Shown one piece after another: positions 25,540 through 39,704 of a stretch of DNA of 64,000 bases; position 1 is the stretch's first letter, and each line of letters starts with the position of its first letter. Below the pieces are notes generated by a model. It saw nothing but the letters and a program-made list of their open reading frames with translations. It searched no databases and was not told the origin of the DNA. The stretch lies in assembly GCA_964016885.1 (NCBI GenBank), contig OZ024762.1:25544001-25608000 (forward strand). The letters are read 5' to 3'. This DNA is from Eledone cirrhosa (lineage: Eukaryota). Made by a program: the position numbers and the translations under genes.

Positions 25540-27260
25540 ATGAAGGAGAGGAGGGGGGGGGGGGGGGGCGGAGAGAAGGGGAAGGAGGAGAAGAGGGATG
25601 AGGTGGAGAAGGAGGAGGATAAAGCAGAAGGGAAATGGGGAGACTAAACGGGAAAAGGAGGAGAGACGGAGGAGAGGAAGAAGAAAGGGAAAGAGAAGAA
25701 AAAGAAAAGGAAGAAAAAGAAGAAAATGAAGAAAATGGGGAGGTTGAGAAGGAGGGGGAGTAAAATGAGGAGAAGGATGAGAAGGAGGGGGAGGAAAATG
25801 AGGAAAAGGATGAGAAGGAGGGGGAGTAGGAGGAGGTGGGAGAGAAGGAAGTAGCGAGATAAAGACAAGTCATTGATTTATGAAATAAAAATGATTTTTT
25901 TTTTGGTTTTCTGGTGACTTTTTCGCTTTGAAATATTGATAAGGAATATTATAAACCCATTTATCATGGTGGTGGTTGTGGTGTGGTTGGTGGTGTTGGT
26001 GTTGGTGGTGGTGGTAGTGTTGGTGGTGGTGGTGTTGGTGGTTGTGGTGTTGGTGGTGGTGTTGGTGGTGGTGGTGGTGGTGGTGGGCGTGGTGGTGGGC
26101 GTGGTGGTGTTGTTGGTGGTGGTGGTGTTGGTGGTAGTGCTGGTGGTGGTGGTGGTGGTGGTGGTTGTGGTGGTGGTGATGGTGGTGGTGGTGGTTGTGG
26201 TGGTGGTGATGGTGGTGGTGGTGGTGATGGTGGTGGTGGTGGTGTTGGTGGTGTTGGTGGTGATGGTGGTGGTGGTGATGGTGGCGGTGGTTGTGACGGT
26301 GGTGTTGGTGGTGGTGGTGGTGGTGTTGATGGTGTTGGTGGTGATCGTGGTGGTGCTGATGGTGGCGGTGGTTGTGATGGTGGTGGTTGTGGTGGTGGTG
26401 ATGGTGGCGGTGGTTGTGATGGTGGTGGTGGTGGTGGTGGTGGTGATGGTGGTGGTGGTGGTGGTGTTGGTGTTGGTGTTGGTGGTGGTGGTTGTGGTGG
26501 TGTTGGTGGTGGTGGTGGTGTTGGTGGTGGTAATGGTGATGTTGGTGGTGATGGTGGTGGTGGTTGTGGTGGTGTTGGTGGTGGTGGTGGTGTTGGTGGT
26601 GGTGGTGGCGGTGGTGCTGTGGTGGTGGTGTTGGTGGTGTTGTTGGTGTTGGTGGTGGTGGTTGTGGTGGTGTTGGTGGTGGTGGTGGTGGCGGTGATGG
26701 TGGTGTTGGTGGTGATGGTGGTGGTGGTTATGGTGGTGTTGGTGGTGGTGTTGGTGGTGATGGTGGTGGTGGTGGTGATGGTGGTGTTGGTGGTGATGGT
26801 GGTGGTGGTTGTGGTGGTGTTGGTGGTGGTGTTGGTGTTGGTGGTGGTTGTAGTGGTGGTGCTGGTCGTCGTGATGGTGGTGTTGGTGGTGGCGGTGGTG
26901 GCGGTGGTGGTGGTGGTGCTGGTCGTCGTGATGGTGGTGGTGGTGTTGGTGATAATTATGAGGAATATGGTGACGGTAACGTCGATGATGATAAGGAGGG
27001 GGAGAAGGAGGGGGAGGAGAAAAAGGAAGAGGCGGATGAGGAGGGGAGGGAGGTGGAGGAGGAGGAGAAGGATTACTGTGATGGTGATGCAGATGATGAT
27101 GATGATGATGAGGAGCAGGCGGAGGAGGGGATGCTGGTGATGGTGATGAGGAAGAAAGAGAGACGGTGAATGAATTTGACAAATAAACATATCAAATATC
27201 GGTAGAGTGTAACAGAAAGAAAGAAAGAAAGAAAGAAGGAAAGAAGGAAAGAAGGGAAGG
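25540..27260. repeat. (GGA)n-like and long (GGT)n trinucleotide low-complexity tract
   Basis: Direct reading; all frames give homopolymer-like ORFs. Confidence 0.9.
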
Positions 27261-27369
27261 TGAAAGAGAGGGCGGGGTAGGAATAATGTCCTGGTGATTG
27301 GGGAAATATTCTATTAGTGTGTTGGGAAATAATAACTTATTGGTGATAGGGTGATAGGATATATATATA

Positions 27370-27427
<58 letters not shown>

Positions 27428-27526
27428 TGTGTGTGTGTGTGTAGATGTATATTTATATAAATATACATACATATATATATAGAGATATATATATATGTGT
27501 GTGTGTAGATGTATTTTTATATATAT

Positions 27527-27609
<83 letters not shown>

Positions 27610-27698
27610 CATCTATATACATATAAATATATACATCTATATACATATACATCTATATACATATAAATATATATACTTATATATATATACACACACAA

Positions 27699-27733
<35 letters not shown>

Positions 27734-28297
27734 ATAAAAAAGACTGTTCTTACATTATTTGTACATCTTGGCACATACACACATACATGCCTGCATAGAC
27801 TCACTAATCCTCACACACACATACAGACACACGTAGACACACGTGGACATCGAAATAATGCAGATAAAACACAATTACAACACAAAGTCCATAGAAACAA
27901 ACAAACAGAAATGTTGTGTCCATCGATTTCTGTGATCAGCAGACATTGAAACAACTAAGGGATGGACATCCGTCGCTTTCGATGAGGATCATGGTTATAA
28001 CACTTCATGAGGATCATGGTTATAACACATCATTGTTCTACATGAACAGAGCTGAACAGGGTCGTACGAAATGGCAACCCCACCATCTACCATAGAGGTC
28101 CTCAAAGTGGACACAACCGCTCAAGGGAGCATTGAGAAGGTCCAGGGGTAGCTGGGGCCGGGGGGGGGGGCTAGAGATGATATAATAGTATGTTAAGTAT
28201 CAAATGGTACATTTGTATATACATATAGCAAAATTTCTAAAAAAATATATATAATATTTATTTATACATAGTATAATATATTATTTAATATATATCT

Positions 28298-29530
28298 GGA
28301 TTGGCAGTATCGGTAGAGGGTCGGACGCCATGCATTCCAGCATAGTTACGTCCCTTTACGATCTGAGTTCAAATCCCGCCGAGGTTAACTTTACCTTTCA
28401 TCCTTACGGGGTCGATAAAATAAAGTACCAGTAATGCACTGGGTGATTGCTGGCCTTGTGCCTAAAGTAGAAACAATTATTTAGAATGTATTTATTATTT
28501 ATAATCTATACTATAAAGTATTATATATTATAAGGGCGGTGGATTGGCAGTATCGGTAGAGGGTCGGACGCCATGCTTTCGAGCATAGTTACGTCCCTTT
28601 ACGGACTGAGTTAGTTCAAATCCCGGCGAGGTTAACTTTGCCTTTCATCCTTACGGGGTAGATAAAATAAAGTACCAGTAATACACTGGATTAATTGAGG
28701 TCTATGCCAAAAGTTGAAACAATTATTTACAATTTGCGTGTAGGTAGGTCGCTCTGGAAATAGGGGGGGGGGGCTGTGGGTATTACAAGGCCGTGATGAA
28801 GGCGAGGGCGGTGGCCCCCATACTTTGAGAATCTCTGTGGTACAAGAACACATTGGGCTGGGCCAAACCAAATGACACAAACGCCATCTACCAAAACAAG
28901 AGTAGAAACATACAATAATGGATAAAACGAATAGAATATAACTGGATACATTCAAATGTATTAGAACAGGGGCGTACAACAGGCGGCCCGCGGGCCACAA
29001 TCTTGCCCACCAGACCAGACAGAGGGGCCCGCGATAATCGTTTTTAATTGTTACCATGTAGGCTTATTTAGAATTCTTTTCATAACCGTAATACAATGTT
29101 CTGTTAGTTGACCTATACTAAAGGGCTAACCCTGGCGGGGTTTGAACTCTAAAACGTAAAAGGATGTAACACTATGCCGCAAAGCATATTTTCTGATGCT
29201 CTACATATTACTGCCAATCTCCCTCCCTTAAATAATTATTTCTAATGTTATCTCAAGCCCAACAATTTTGGGAGGGGAAGTCGATTAAATCGGCCCTCGT
29301 GCATTACTGGTACTTTATTTTATCGACCCTGTAAGGATGAACGGGAAAGTTATAACCTCGGTGGGGTTTGAACTCAAGACGGAGAAAATTGTAAATACCG
29401 CAAAGCGATTTATCGGACACTCTACCGATTCTGCGAATTCAACGCCATCATCATAATAGTTTCTAATTTAGGTACAAAAACAGTAGAATTTAAAGAGGGG
29501 TTACACTCAACTATATCGACACTAGTACAA
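28298..29530. mobile_element. SINE family A copies (28298-28480 +, 28534-28726 +, degenerate 29120-29450 -) around a possible hAT-type end at about 28967
   Basis: SINE head, core and tail matches. CAGGGGCGTACAAC..GCGGCCCGCGGGCC resembles a hAT MITE terminus (weak). Confidence 0.75.
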
Positions 29531-29935
29531 GACTTGTACTTTGATCGATCACCATTACCATCACCCTAGCACCCATCGCCACGATCATCATCACTATCAT
29601 AAACATGCTCACCATCATTATCCTCGTTCCCCACATAAAGGTAACATCACTCCGCCATTAACCCCAGCCTAGACCCCACCAGATCGCTATCATAATCATG
29701 AAAATCATCATCACCACGGTTCCTTAACATCGCCACAACACAACACACCACCACCAAGACCCTAAGCATCAACACCCCTATCACCACCATCACCAGCCCA
29801 CTCAGGGTTCAAATTTGACCATGGCAGAATCTGAACACAGGACATAAAAATCCGTAACGAAATAAGACAAAACACCTTTGCTTGATGCTTCAACTATACT
29901 GGCAATTCCCAATGCTAATCATTAACAATAAGATG

Positions 29936-30004
<69 letters not shown>

Positions 30005-30334
30005 TGTATGTATATATATATATATATATAACATTCTGTTCATATCTCACCCCAACCGAAAAAATAAGAGTGAGAGAGGTAAATGTAAGAGAAGATGTAA
30101 AAAAAATTCCATTATCAGGAACAGACAGATGTTGGCTAAAGTTATCTCCCTTAATGATTTCATATTCTTTGTTTCGGAGGCGTAAAAATAAATACTGAAG
30201 CATCAATGACGTAAAAACAAAAAAATATATATTATAATTATAATTAAAAAAATAAGAAATCGAAATTGTGCATTAACTGTATAAGGTTTCTTTACTTATT
30301 TTCGTGTCTAGAAGGCACACACTATTTATGTATG

Positions 30335-30491
<157 letters not shown>

Positions 30492-30586
30492 GTGTGTGTG
30501 AAGATGTACGAATTATGAATATATATTTATATATAAATATATATACAAGTATATAAATATATATACAAAAATATTTATATATATAC

Positions 30587-30620
<34 letters not shown>

Positions 30621-31199
30621 ACATATACATATATATACATATATATAATATATACATATATATATACGCTCATAAGAAAATGCATACACTACAAACACAT
30701 ACGTACATACGTACACACATACCTACATACGTACATACATACACACATACCTACACACGTTCCAACACACACATACATACAGACACACATACCTACACAC
30801 ACACAAACAATACATCGTAGATAGATAGATATTTATGTAAAATAAAATAAGATTCATAAAAAAAATAGTGTAGTAGAAGAAGAAGAATAAAACACGCAAG
30901 GTAGAAAAACTAGAAAACGTAATATAGAATATCTATGAACATAAATAGAAAATCTAATATGATAACACAAGAAAGAAAAACGGGAAAAACAAAATGGTGG
31001 ACAATTTTTAACCTCGTATGAAACCTTAGAAATACTTCGCATAATTTCACACAGCAAATTGTTCTCGATATTCTCAACATGTGACACATTGATTGGAAGA
31101 GGTTTGTTTAATATTGTTTTGATGTTGTTGTGGTGGTTGTGTGTCTGTGTTTTTGTTGTGTGTGGTGTGTGTGTGTCACTGGCTGTCTGTGTGTGTGGA

Positions 31200-31242
<43 letters not shown>

Positions 31243-31423
31243 CTTTATTTTTTATTTTTTTTTTTTTTTTAATTCTTAGAAGTATTATTGTTTTTCTTTG
31301 TTTTCTTCAAGTATATATGGTTAAATCTAGAACATCCCCAGCCGTGTTTCGAAGATATATATATATATATATATATATAAACACACACATATATATGTAT
31401 ATACATACATATATATATACACG

Positions 31424-31466
<43 letters not shown>

Positions 31467-31990
31467 CATAATGTGTATGTTTATATCTATGTATGCATAT
31501 ACACACACACTTACACATACATAGACAGACACACACACACTTACACATACATACAGACACACACACACACACACACATTTACACACTTACACATACATAC
31601 AGACACACACAAATACTTACACATACATTCAGACACACACACACTTACACATACATACACGTCGATTCAGTTCTACATTTTCCCATGAGACAAGATGTGT
31701 TAGCCAGTAAAAACTGGAACAAAGTGAAAACGACGATACTAATAGGAAACAATGATGAATATGTGGAGATCACAGGTTTGAAAAAAACAAACACTGCAGC
31801 AACTTGAATATAAAAGTAGGCAGCAAATTAAAACACAACCGACCTGATATTGCAGTTTGGCACCACAAACTAATACTGTATGTAAGCTATAGTGGAAATT
31901 AGTTGTACGCTTCACGTCTAAAGTCACTGTTGTAAAGGTATATGTAGGTGGACTGAAAATATAAAATATTACGCTGAATATAAAGGAGTG

Positions 31991-32033
<43 letters not shown>

Positions 32034-32066
32034 CAAATAACAAAAGAAAAACAAGGAGTGCAGTTA

Positions 32067-32125
<59 letters not shown>

Positions 32126-32158
32126 CAAATAACAAAAGAAAAACAAGGAGTGCAGTTA

Positions 32159-32250
<92 letters not shown>

Positions 32251-32318
32251 ATATATATAGTCTTCTTGTATATATTATAGTCTTCAAATTTATTATTATT
32301 ACTATATATATATATATA

Positions 32319-33441
32319 GTGCCAGAAAAACTCAATTACATTCACAAGGACTCATGCCACCCTCCCACTGTTTTTAGAAACTTCGTAAATAATATCAGTA
32401 CTAAAATCTCAAACCTCTCCTCTAATAAGGTTATCTTTGACAGGGCAGCACCCTACTATAACACGGCGTTAGCTAATAGCGGCTTCTCACAACCTATCAC
32501 TTACTCTCCCACTATCAACAACATAAGCAATAAGAAAAGAAAGCGTAACAATAGACAAACTAACTGGTTCTCTCCTCCCTTCTCACTCAACGTTAAAACC
32601 AATGTCGGCAAAAAATGTCTAGCCCTCTTAGATAGACACTTCCCCATAGGTCATAAATACCGCTCTATCTTTAACCGACACGAAGTAAAACTAGGATACT
32701 CCTGCGCTAAGTACATGAAGGCTCACATCACCAACAGCCCTAAGAGCAAACCCCACCAAGATGCTCTTGCCGTAAGCCCAAAGCTTGTCTCCTTCAACAG
32801 CAATGCAACACACCCACTGTAATTTATAAAGCTGTGGTCACTTCCAACCGACCAAATCAGCCACAGGAAGTCAAAACCTATGTGGGTATGGCGGAGGGTC
32901 GATTTAAGGAACGCTTCCTGAACCACCAGTCAACCTTTAGGTACCCGTACAGACGTTCATCCACGAAACTCGCGAGCACCGTATGGTCCGTCAAAGACTC
33001 AAGTACAGACTACTTCATTCAATGGAAAGCCATCACTAAGCCCAAGCCATACGCAAGGAGAAATCCGTCGTGTGGACTATGTATTGATGAACGAATAAAT
33101 ATTCTAAAGAGATTATGCAATAGTGATTGCCTAAACACGAGAATTGAATTTTTCACACGTTGTTCACACGTCTCGAAACACCTCTTAAGTACAAAGTTCC
33201 GGATTGAATCACAACATCCTAATTTTCTTATCAACTAGAAACTTTTCGGTCTTTCGCAGTTATCTCCCTTACACCTCTCGCTCGCTTTTTAGTATTGCTT
33301 GTGTGAAGTGACGGTTTCTGCGCATGCGCGTTCGTACGGTTGTCCTTCCTGTTCTGTATAACCATGTCAATTACGAGGTGAGGATCCACTAAGGTGAAAT
33401 AATTGTTCTCGGTATGGTGAACTAACTGTTGTGTAACCACT
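32319..33441 (+). pseudogene. 5'-truncated Hydra-type Penelope-like element (RT C-terminus + GIY-YIG) with 3' non-coding tail, in (TA)n
   Basis: [59 protein letters not shown]; frameshifted; paralogous to 9420-10835. Degenerate HHR at 33372-33414. Confidence 0.85.
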
Positions 33442-33501
<60 letters not shown>

Positions 33502-33536
33502 CGAATACAAATATAAATATATATATATACACACAC

Positions 33537-33611
<75 letters not shown>

Positions 33612-33708
33612 CGAATACAAATATAAATATATATATATATACACACACATATATATATATACATATATATACATATATATAAGATCAAAAGATGGTTAAA
33701 TGAGTTCC

Positions 33709-33795
<87 letters not shown>

Positions 33796-33801
<6 letters not shown>

Positions 33802-34915
33802 AGTCCACTACGATGATAAAAAGGTAGGGAGCCAATGTATCTCCCTGGAGCACTCCAGCCAGTATCTCAAAGGACTCTCTCATCCCATCAGGTGTAATGA
33901 CTTGGGCTTTGGTGTTGGTGTAGAGCAGTGATATCAGGTCCACTATCTTCTTGGGGATTCCATAAGCCTGTAAGATCTTCATCAGGCAGTGACGGTCCAC
34001 AGAATCAAAGGCCTTCCTATATATACCTTTTTATCATCGTAGTGGACTATTGTATGCGCCTTGCACTGAGAAACACCAGGACTCTGACTTTACTGTAGCA
34101 CCGGCTAAGAGGAGAAGAGTTAAAGCGAAAAAGATATCAGATGCTGAATTTGCCTACGACATAGTTTTCGTGACAAATACAGTGAAGGAGGCAGAGGATT
34201 TGATGCAGGAGGTTGAGACTGTGTCGATGAGTGTGGGGCTGAGAATGAATGAGACTAAAACAAAATATCTGGTACAGAATGTTGAGAACCAGAGAGGATC
34301 ACTAATGTAGGCGGGAAGCCGCTAGAATTGGTTCAGGACTTCCTGTATTTGGGAGCAAAGATTGGGAATACGGAAGATGATGTGGTTGAGAGGAAGATAA
34401 AAACCTGGGCGGCGTGCCACAGCTTGAGATCGGTGTGGAAGTTGGACCTTCGTAAAGACCTGAAAATCCGCCTCTTCACTGCTGTAGTGGAGTCTGTGCT
34501 GCTGTACGGATCTGAGACTTGGACACTGACCAAGAAACTCACTCAGATGGTGGATGGGTGCTACACGAGAATGCTGAGGATGGCTCTGAACATTAATCAG
34601 TAAACATTATGGAAGAAAAACTCAGAGCTGTATGGGAGCCTCCCAAAAGTCAGCTCAACAGTGACACAGAGGAGACTGAGGTTAGCTGGACATGCTCACC
34701 GACATCCAGAGTTGACATTGCACTCAGTGCTCCTGTGGGAGCCCCTACATGGACACACTGGAAAAGGAAGACCAAGGTTAACGTATGTTGATGCCCTAAA
34801 GACAGACACTGGTCTGTTGATGATGCAGGACATGGCAAAAATAATTAGGGACAGAGACCGCTGGAGAGAACTCGTCCATGGATCTCGGGAATTTTACCCG
34901 CCCTAGAATAGGATA
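33796..34915 (+). pseudogene. RTE-clade LINE, 5'-truncated, with inverted 5' segment (33796-34017 on -, 34024-34915 on +)
   Basis: Minus strand: [27 protein letters not shown]. Plus strand: [53 protein letters not shown]. Confidence 0.9.
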
Positions 34916-34954
34916 CATATATATATATGAATATATATATATATACATATTATA

Positions 34955-35895
34955 TATATATAGAGTTATAAACTCAAATAGTCTTTTACAATTAAATAGC
35001 TCAAAGAAAGGAATATTTCTGAGCCGTGTAATACAAATGAATATATGATAGGGATAAACACTGATACAAGTATACATGTGTTCGCATTGCAAATGACCAA
35101 GTTAGCTAGATTGAAAAATACTAATTAAAATAATACGGTTCGCCTGTCTCGATTTAAAATAATAAATCAATAAAAACAAACCTATATTGGAAATAGCCGT
35201 GATACCTGGACAAATTTTAAATTTTAAATTTCAAATTTTTTCGCAACAATTAAGTGAAAATTCCTATTCCTGTGCTCTTCAGCAGGTATCCAGAAATTGG
35301 TAAGTTTCAATTGGTAAGTTTCAATCTAGCTAACTTGGTCATTTGCAATGCGAACGCATGTATACTTGTATCTGTTTATCCCTATCATATATTCATTTGT
35401 ATTACACGGCTCAGAAATATTCCTTTCTTTGCGCTATTTAATTGCAAAAGACTATTTGAGTTTATAACTCTATATATAATATTCTCGGCTCCATACGTGA
35501 GCTAATTTGTAGTCCCATAAAAGCGGCTGCTATTTTTAGCGGCACGAGTATGGGACGTGCTTGGCGCTGTGACACATGTGCGTTCAACAACACATTTCTC
35601 TCAGTCTTCTTAAGTATTTTGAAGTGAAACTTACCAGTTTCTGGATACCTGCAGAAGAGCACAGGAATAGGAATGTTCACTTAATTGTTGCCAAACAAAT
35701 TTTAAATGTGTGCAGGTATCACGGCTATTGCCAATATAGGTTTGTTTTTATTGATTTATTATGTTAACTCAAGACAGGCAAACCGTAATATTTTAATTAG
35801 TATTTTTCAATCTAGCTAACTTGGTCAGTTACAATGCAAACGTATGTATACTTATATCAGTGTTTATCCCTATCATATATTCATATATTCATTTG
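34955..35895. repeat. Nested inverted-repeat (fold-back) non-coding element in (TA)n
   Basis: 34958-35115 is inverted at 35320-35475; 35030-35308 is inverted at 35626-35895. Carries an HHR-like 3' half GGTATCCAGAAA(C/T)TGGTA. Confidence 0.75.
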
Positions 35896-35912
35896 TATAT
35901 ATATACGTATAT

Positions 35913-35950
<38 letters not shown>

Positions 35951-35970
35951 GAATATATATATATACACAC

Positions 35971-36001
<31 letters not shown>

Positions 36002-36166
36002 CATATATATATGCATATATATACACACATATATATATATACATATATATATATATACATATATATATGCATATATATACATATATATATGCATATATAT
36101 ATATACATATATATATATACATATATATATGCATATATATATGCATATATATATGCATATATATAT

Positions 36167-36833
36167 AATTAAGTTAAACATGTACATCCACATATGTATA
36201 CTGAAATACTAGTATGCATATGAATACACACACGTGTACATATGTAGATGTACCGAGTTTTTCACTGGACACCTTACTGTGAGTGTCCAGCCATTCTGTA
36301 TGTAAACACACAGACAAACCGGTTTTTAGAGTCATACTGGTTTTCGAGGAAACACCTTTCCTCCATTCTCCAGAAAGCCAGACAAGGAATATTGGACTAG
36401 TTTCGATGTTGTTACATCTCATCAGCAATATTTACCTATCTTCCGGCCTTTCTAGAGAATCGTAAAAGCACATATCGTTATATGCATTTTCTATGAAAAT
36501 TAGTAGTGGGCAGACTAATTTGCATAGAGCGTGAGTACGCACCGGTTCAGCGGAGACGATAAAAACAAATAACGAAACGAAATTAAATTTCGTTTCGTTT
36601 GTAACTCACTTTTGTATGACTGACGCTTAAACAATTAAGTTAAAAATGTACATCCACATATGTATACTGAAATACTAGTATGTATATGAATACACACACG
36701 TGTACATATGTAGATGTACCGAGTTTTTCACTGGACACATTACTGTGAGTGTCCAGCCATTCTGTATGTAAACACTGTCTGTGTGTTTACATACAGAATG
36801 GCTGGACACTCACAGTAAGGTGTCCAGTGAAAC
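36167..36833 (-). mobile_element. Non-coding HHR-bearing element: 466-bp unit, ~140-bp direct terminal repeat and 55-bp terminal inversion
   Basis: 36167-36310 is repeated at 36633-36775; 36779-36833 is the reverse complement of the repeat end; (TA)n on both sides. Confidence 0.8.
36388..36432 (-). ncRNA. Minimal type I hammerhead ribozyme, GUC triplet
   Basis: Minus strand reads AATATTG-CTGATGA-GATGT(AACA)ACATC-GAAA-CTAG-TC-CAATATT; perfect stems I and II, palindromic CTAG. Confidence 0.92.
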
Positions 36834-36925
36834 ATATATATATATATACATATATATTTGCATATATATATACATATATATATATACATATATATATATA
36901 CATATATATATGCATATATATATGC

Positions 36926-36970
<45 letters not shown>

Positions 36971-37069
36971 CACATATATATATATATACATATATATATG
37001 CATATATATATACATATATATATATATGCATATATATATACATATATATATATATGCATATATATATAC

Positions 37070-37102
<33 letters not shown>

Positions 37103-37143
37103 CACATATATATATATACATATATATATGCATATATATATAC

Positions 37144-37174
<31 letters not shown>

Positions 37175-37357
37175 CACATATATATATATACATATATATA
37201 TATACATATATATATATATACATATATATATATACATATACATATATATATACATATATATATATATATATTATATATATATATATATGGTATCCCTGAA
37301 ATATGTATAATGAAATAAATATGGTTTTATAAATATAGTTTCCATTTGTTTAATATC

Positions 37358-37411
<54 letters not shown>

Positions 37412-37872
37412 GACACAACGCACGAATAGAAAAGAGGCTCCATGCCAACCCACAAACCACAATAAAGCCTCCCCCTGCTGTTCCAGTCTCCTCACAAAGA
37501 CACAATTACAACAAATACAACAACAAACTAGGGACATGCAACCCTATCCAATGTTGTAACTACACTCCAATCAATGTTGTAACCGCAACTCCAGTGCTGG
37601 GCCCATGGTACCATGTGACGACAAGTGCAGAGAGATCTCCAGATATAAAGCAATGCCTGTGCCGTGAAGCTTTTATAGTGAGCAAAGGCACTGCACAAAG
37701 CCAGTCCCACTCTCTTAACCAAGATGATATTTACCAAAAAGAAGAACAAGTCAATATCATTGGATACCATCAGGATTGGAGGTGTTATATACATATATAC
37801 ATATATACATACATATATACATACATATACATACATATATACATATACATATATTCACATACATACATATAC

Positions 37873-37917
<45 letters not shown>

Positions 37918-37920
37918 CAC

Positions 37921-38123
<203 letters not shown>

Positions 38124-38164
38124 CATATATACACACATTTATATATACATATACATATAATAAT

Positions 38165-38472
38165 AGGCACTCCATCGTTCACAACAACGAGCTTCCAGTT
38201 GATCCGATCAATGGAACAACCTACTCGTGTAATTAACGTGCAAGTGGCTGAGCATTCCACAGACACGAGTACCCTCTACATAGTTCTCAAGGAGATTCAG
38301 TGTGACACAGAATGTGACAAGGCTGACCATTTGACCTACAGGTACAACTCAATTTTGCCAGCTGAGTGGACTGAAGCGACGTAAAGTAGAGTGTCTTGCT
38401 CAAGGACATTCAACTCACAAACTCTGTGATTATAAGGTGAACACCTTTACCACAGAGCCACGAGCTTTCACT
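38165..38472 (-). mobile_element. tRNA-derived SINE, family B
   Basis: Minus-strand head GTGGCTCTGTGGTAAAGGTG (A-box-like), then GTCCTTGAGCAAGACACT (SINE core-like), body and (ATT)n tail. Confidence 0.65.
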
Positions 38473-39704
38473 ACATATACACACACACACAAATATATAT
38501 ATACACACACACACATATATATATACACACACACACACATATATATATATATACACACACATATATATATATACACGCACACATATATATACACACACAC
38601 ATATATATATATATACACACACACATATATACACACACGCATATATATATACACACACATATATATACACACACGCACACATACACAAACACACATATAT
38701 ATACACACACACATATATATATATATATACACACACACACCCATATATATATACACACACAATCATATATATATATATACACACACACATATATATATAC
38801 ACACGCACACATGTACATACGCACACACACAAACACATATACATAAACACAAATATTTATAAATATACACATAAACGCTCACACACACACACACACACAT
38901 ATCGTTTTGTTTTTCTCTCTCTCTATCCATCCGTTCGGTTTTGATTGTTGACACATCCCGTGGTGGCCTCTCTGTCTGCAATCTTTGCGGCGGCATGTTT
39001 TTACCACCGTCGTAAAAAAATCCCTTCTGGATTATCCCCCTTTCCCTTCTCCTCCTCACTTTTAGTTGCTGTGTCTCTCTCTCACTTTCTCCTGTCTATG
39101 TGAGAGGCAGCACGATTATACCAGCCCTGAGTCGTATCTGACCACCAGGCTAAAGTCCCCCAGGTTGGCCACAACTTACTTAGTTTCCTTATTTTTGCAC
39201 GATTACTTTTTTGCATGTTTCTTTCACATGTGTCTTCCCTCGATAGGACCGGTACACTTTTTTTCTCCTATTCCTTTCCTATTTTTCCTCTTTTCCCTTC
39301 CTCCTTTTTTCCTCTCTACTCATCTTTTCCCCCTGTTCTTCCTCCTTTCCCTCTCTCTCCTTATTTCTCCCCTTTTTTTCTCTCTTTATCTCTCCCTTTC
39401 CACCTGGCCCTTTGATTAATAAAAGGCCTCGGGCGCACCCGAAATACACCGATGTCCTGTAATTCAGCGCCGTAACATCGGTTCGGGAAACATTTACAGC
39501 TGACGATGGAAGCTCCTTCCTTTCGCCTCCTGTTCTGTCCTAACCACCATCCTAAACCTTGCTTTTAGTAACCACACAGCTCCTTTCGTTTCATAAATTA
39601 TTGTATATATATATACGAGGGAGCGCTGAGATGTTTATAAACTGACTATGAAATAGTGATGCGAGAGCAGTGAAATATTGCATGCATGAGTTACAGCCAA
39701 ACTT

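Noticed and set aside
25878-27190. Long His/Thr/Pro/Gly/Val-rich ORFs (up to 434 aa)
   Set aside because: All frames are open only because of the (GGT)n repeat; there is no domain or splice evidence.
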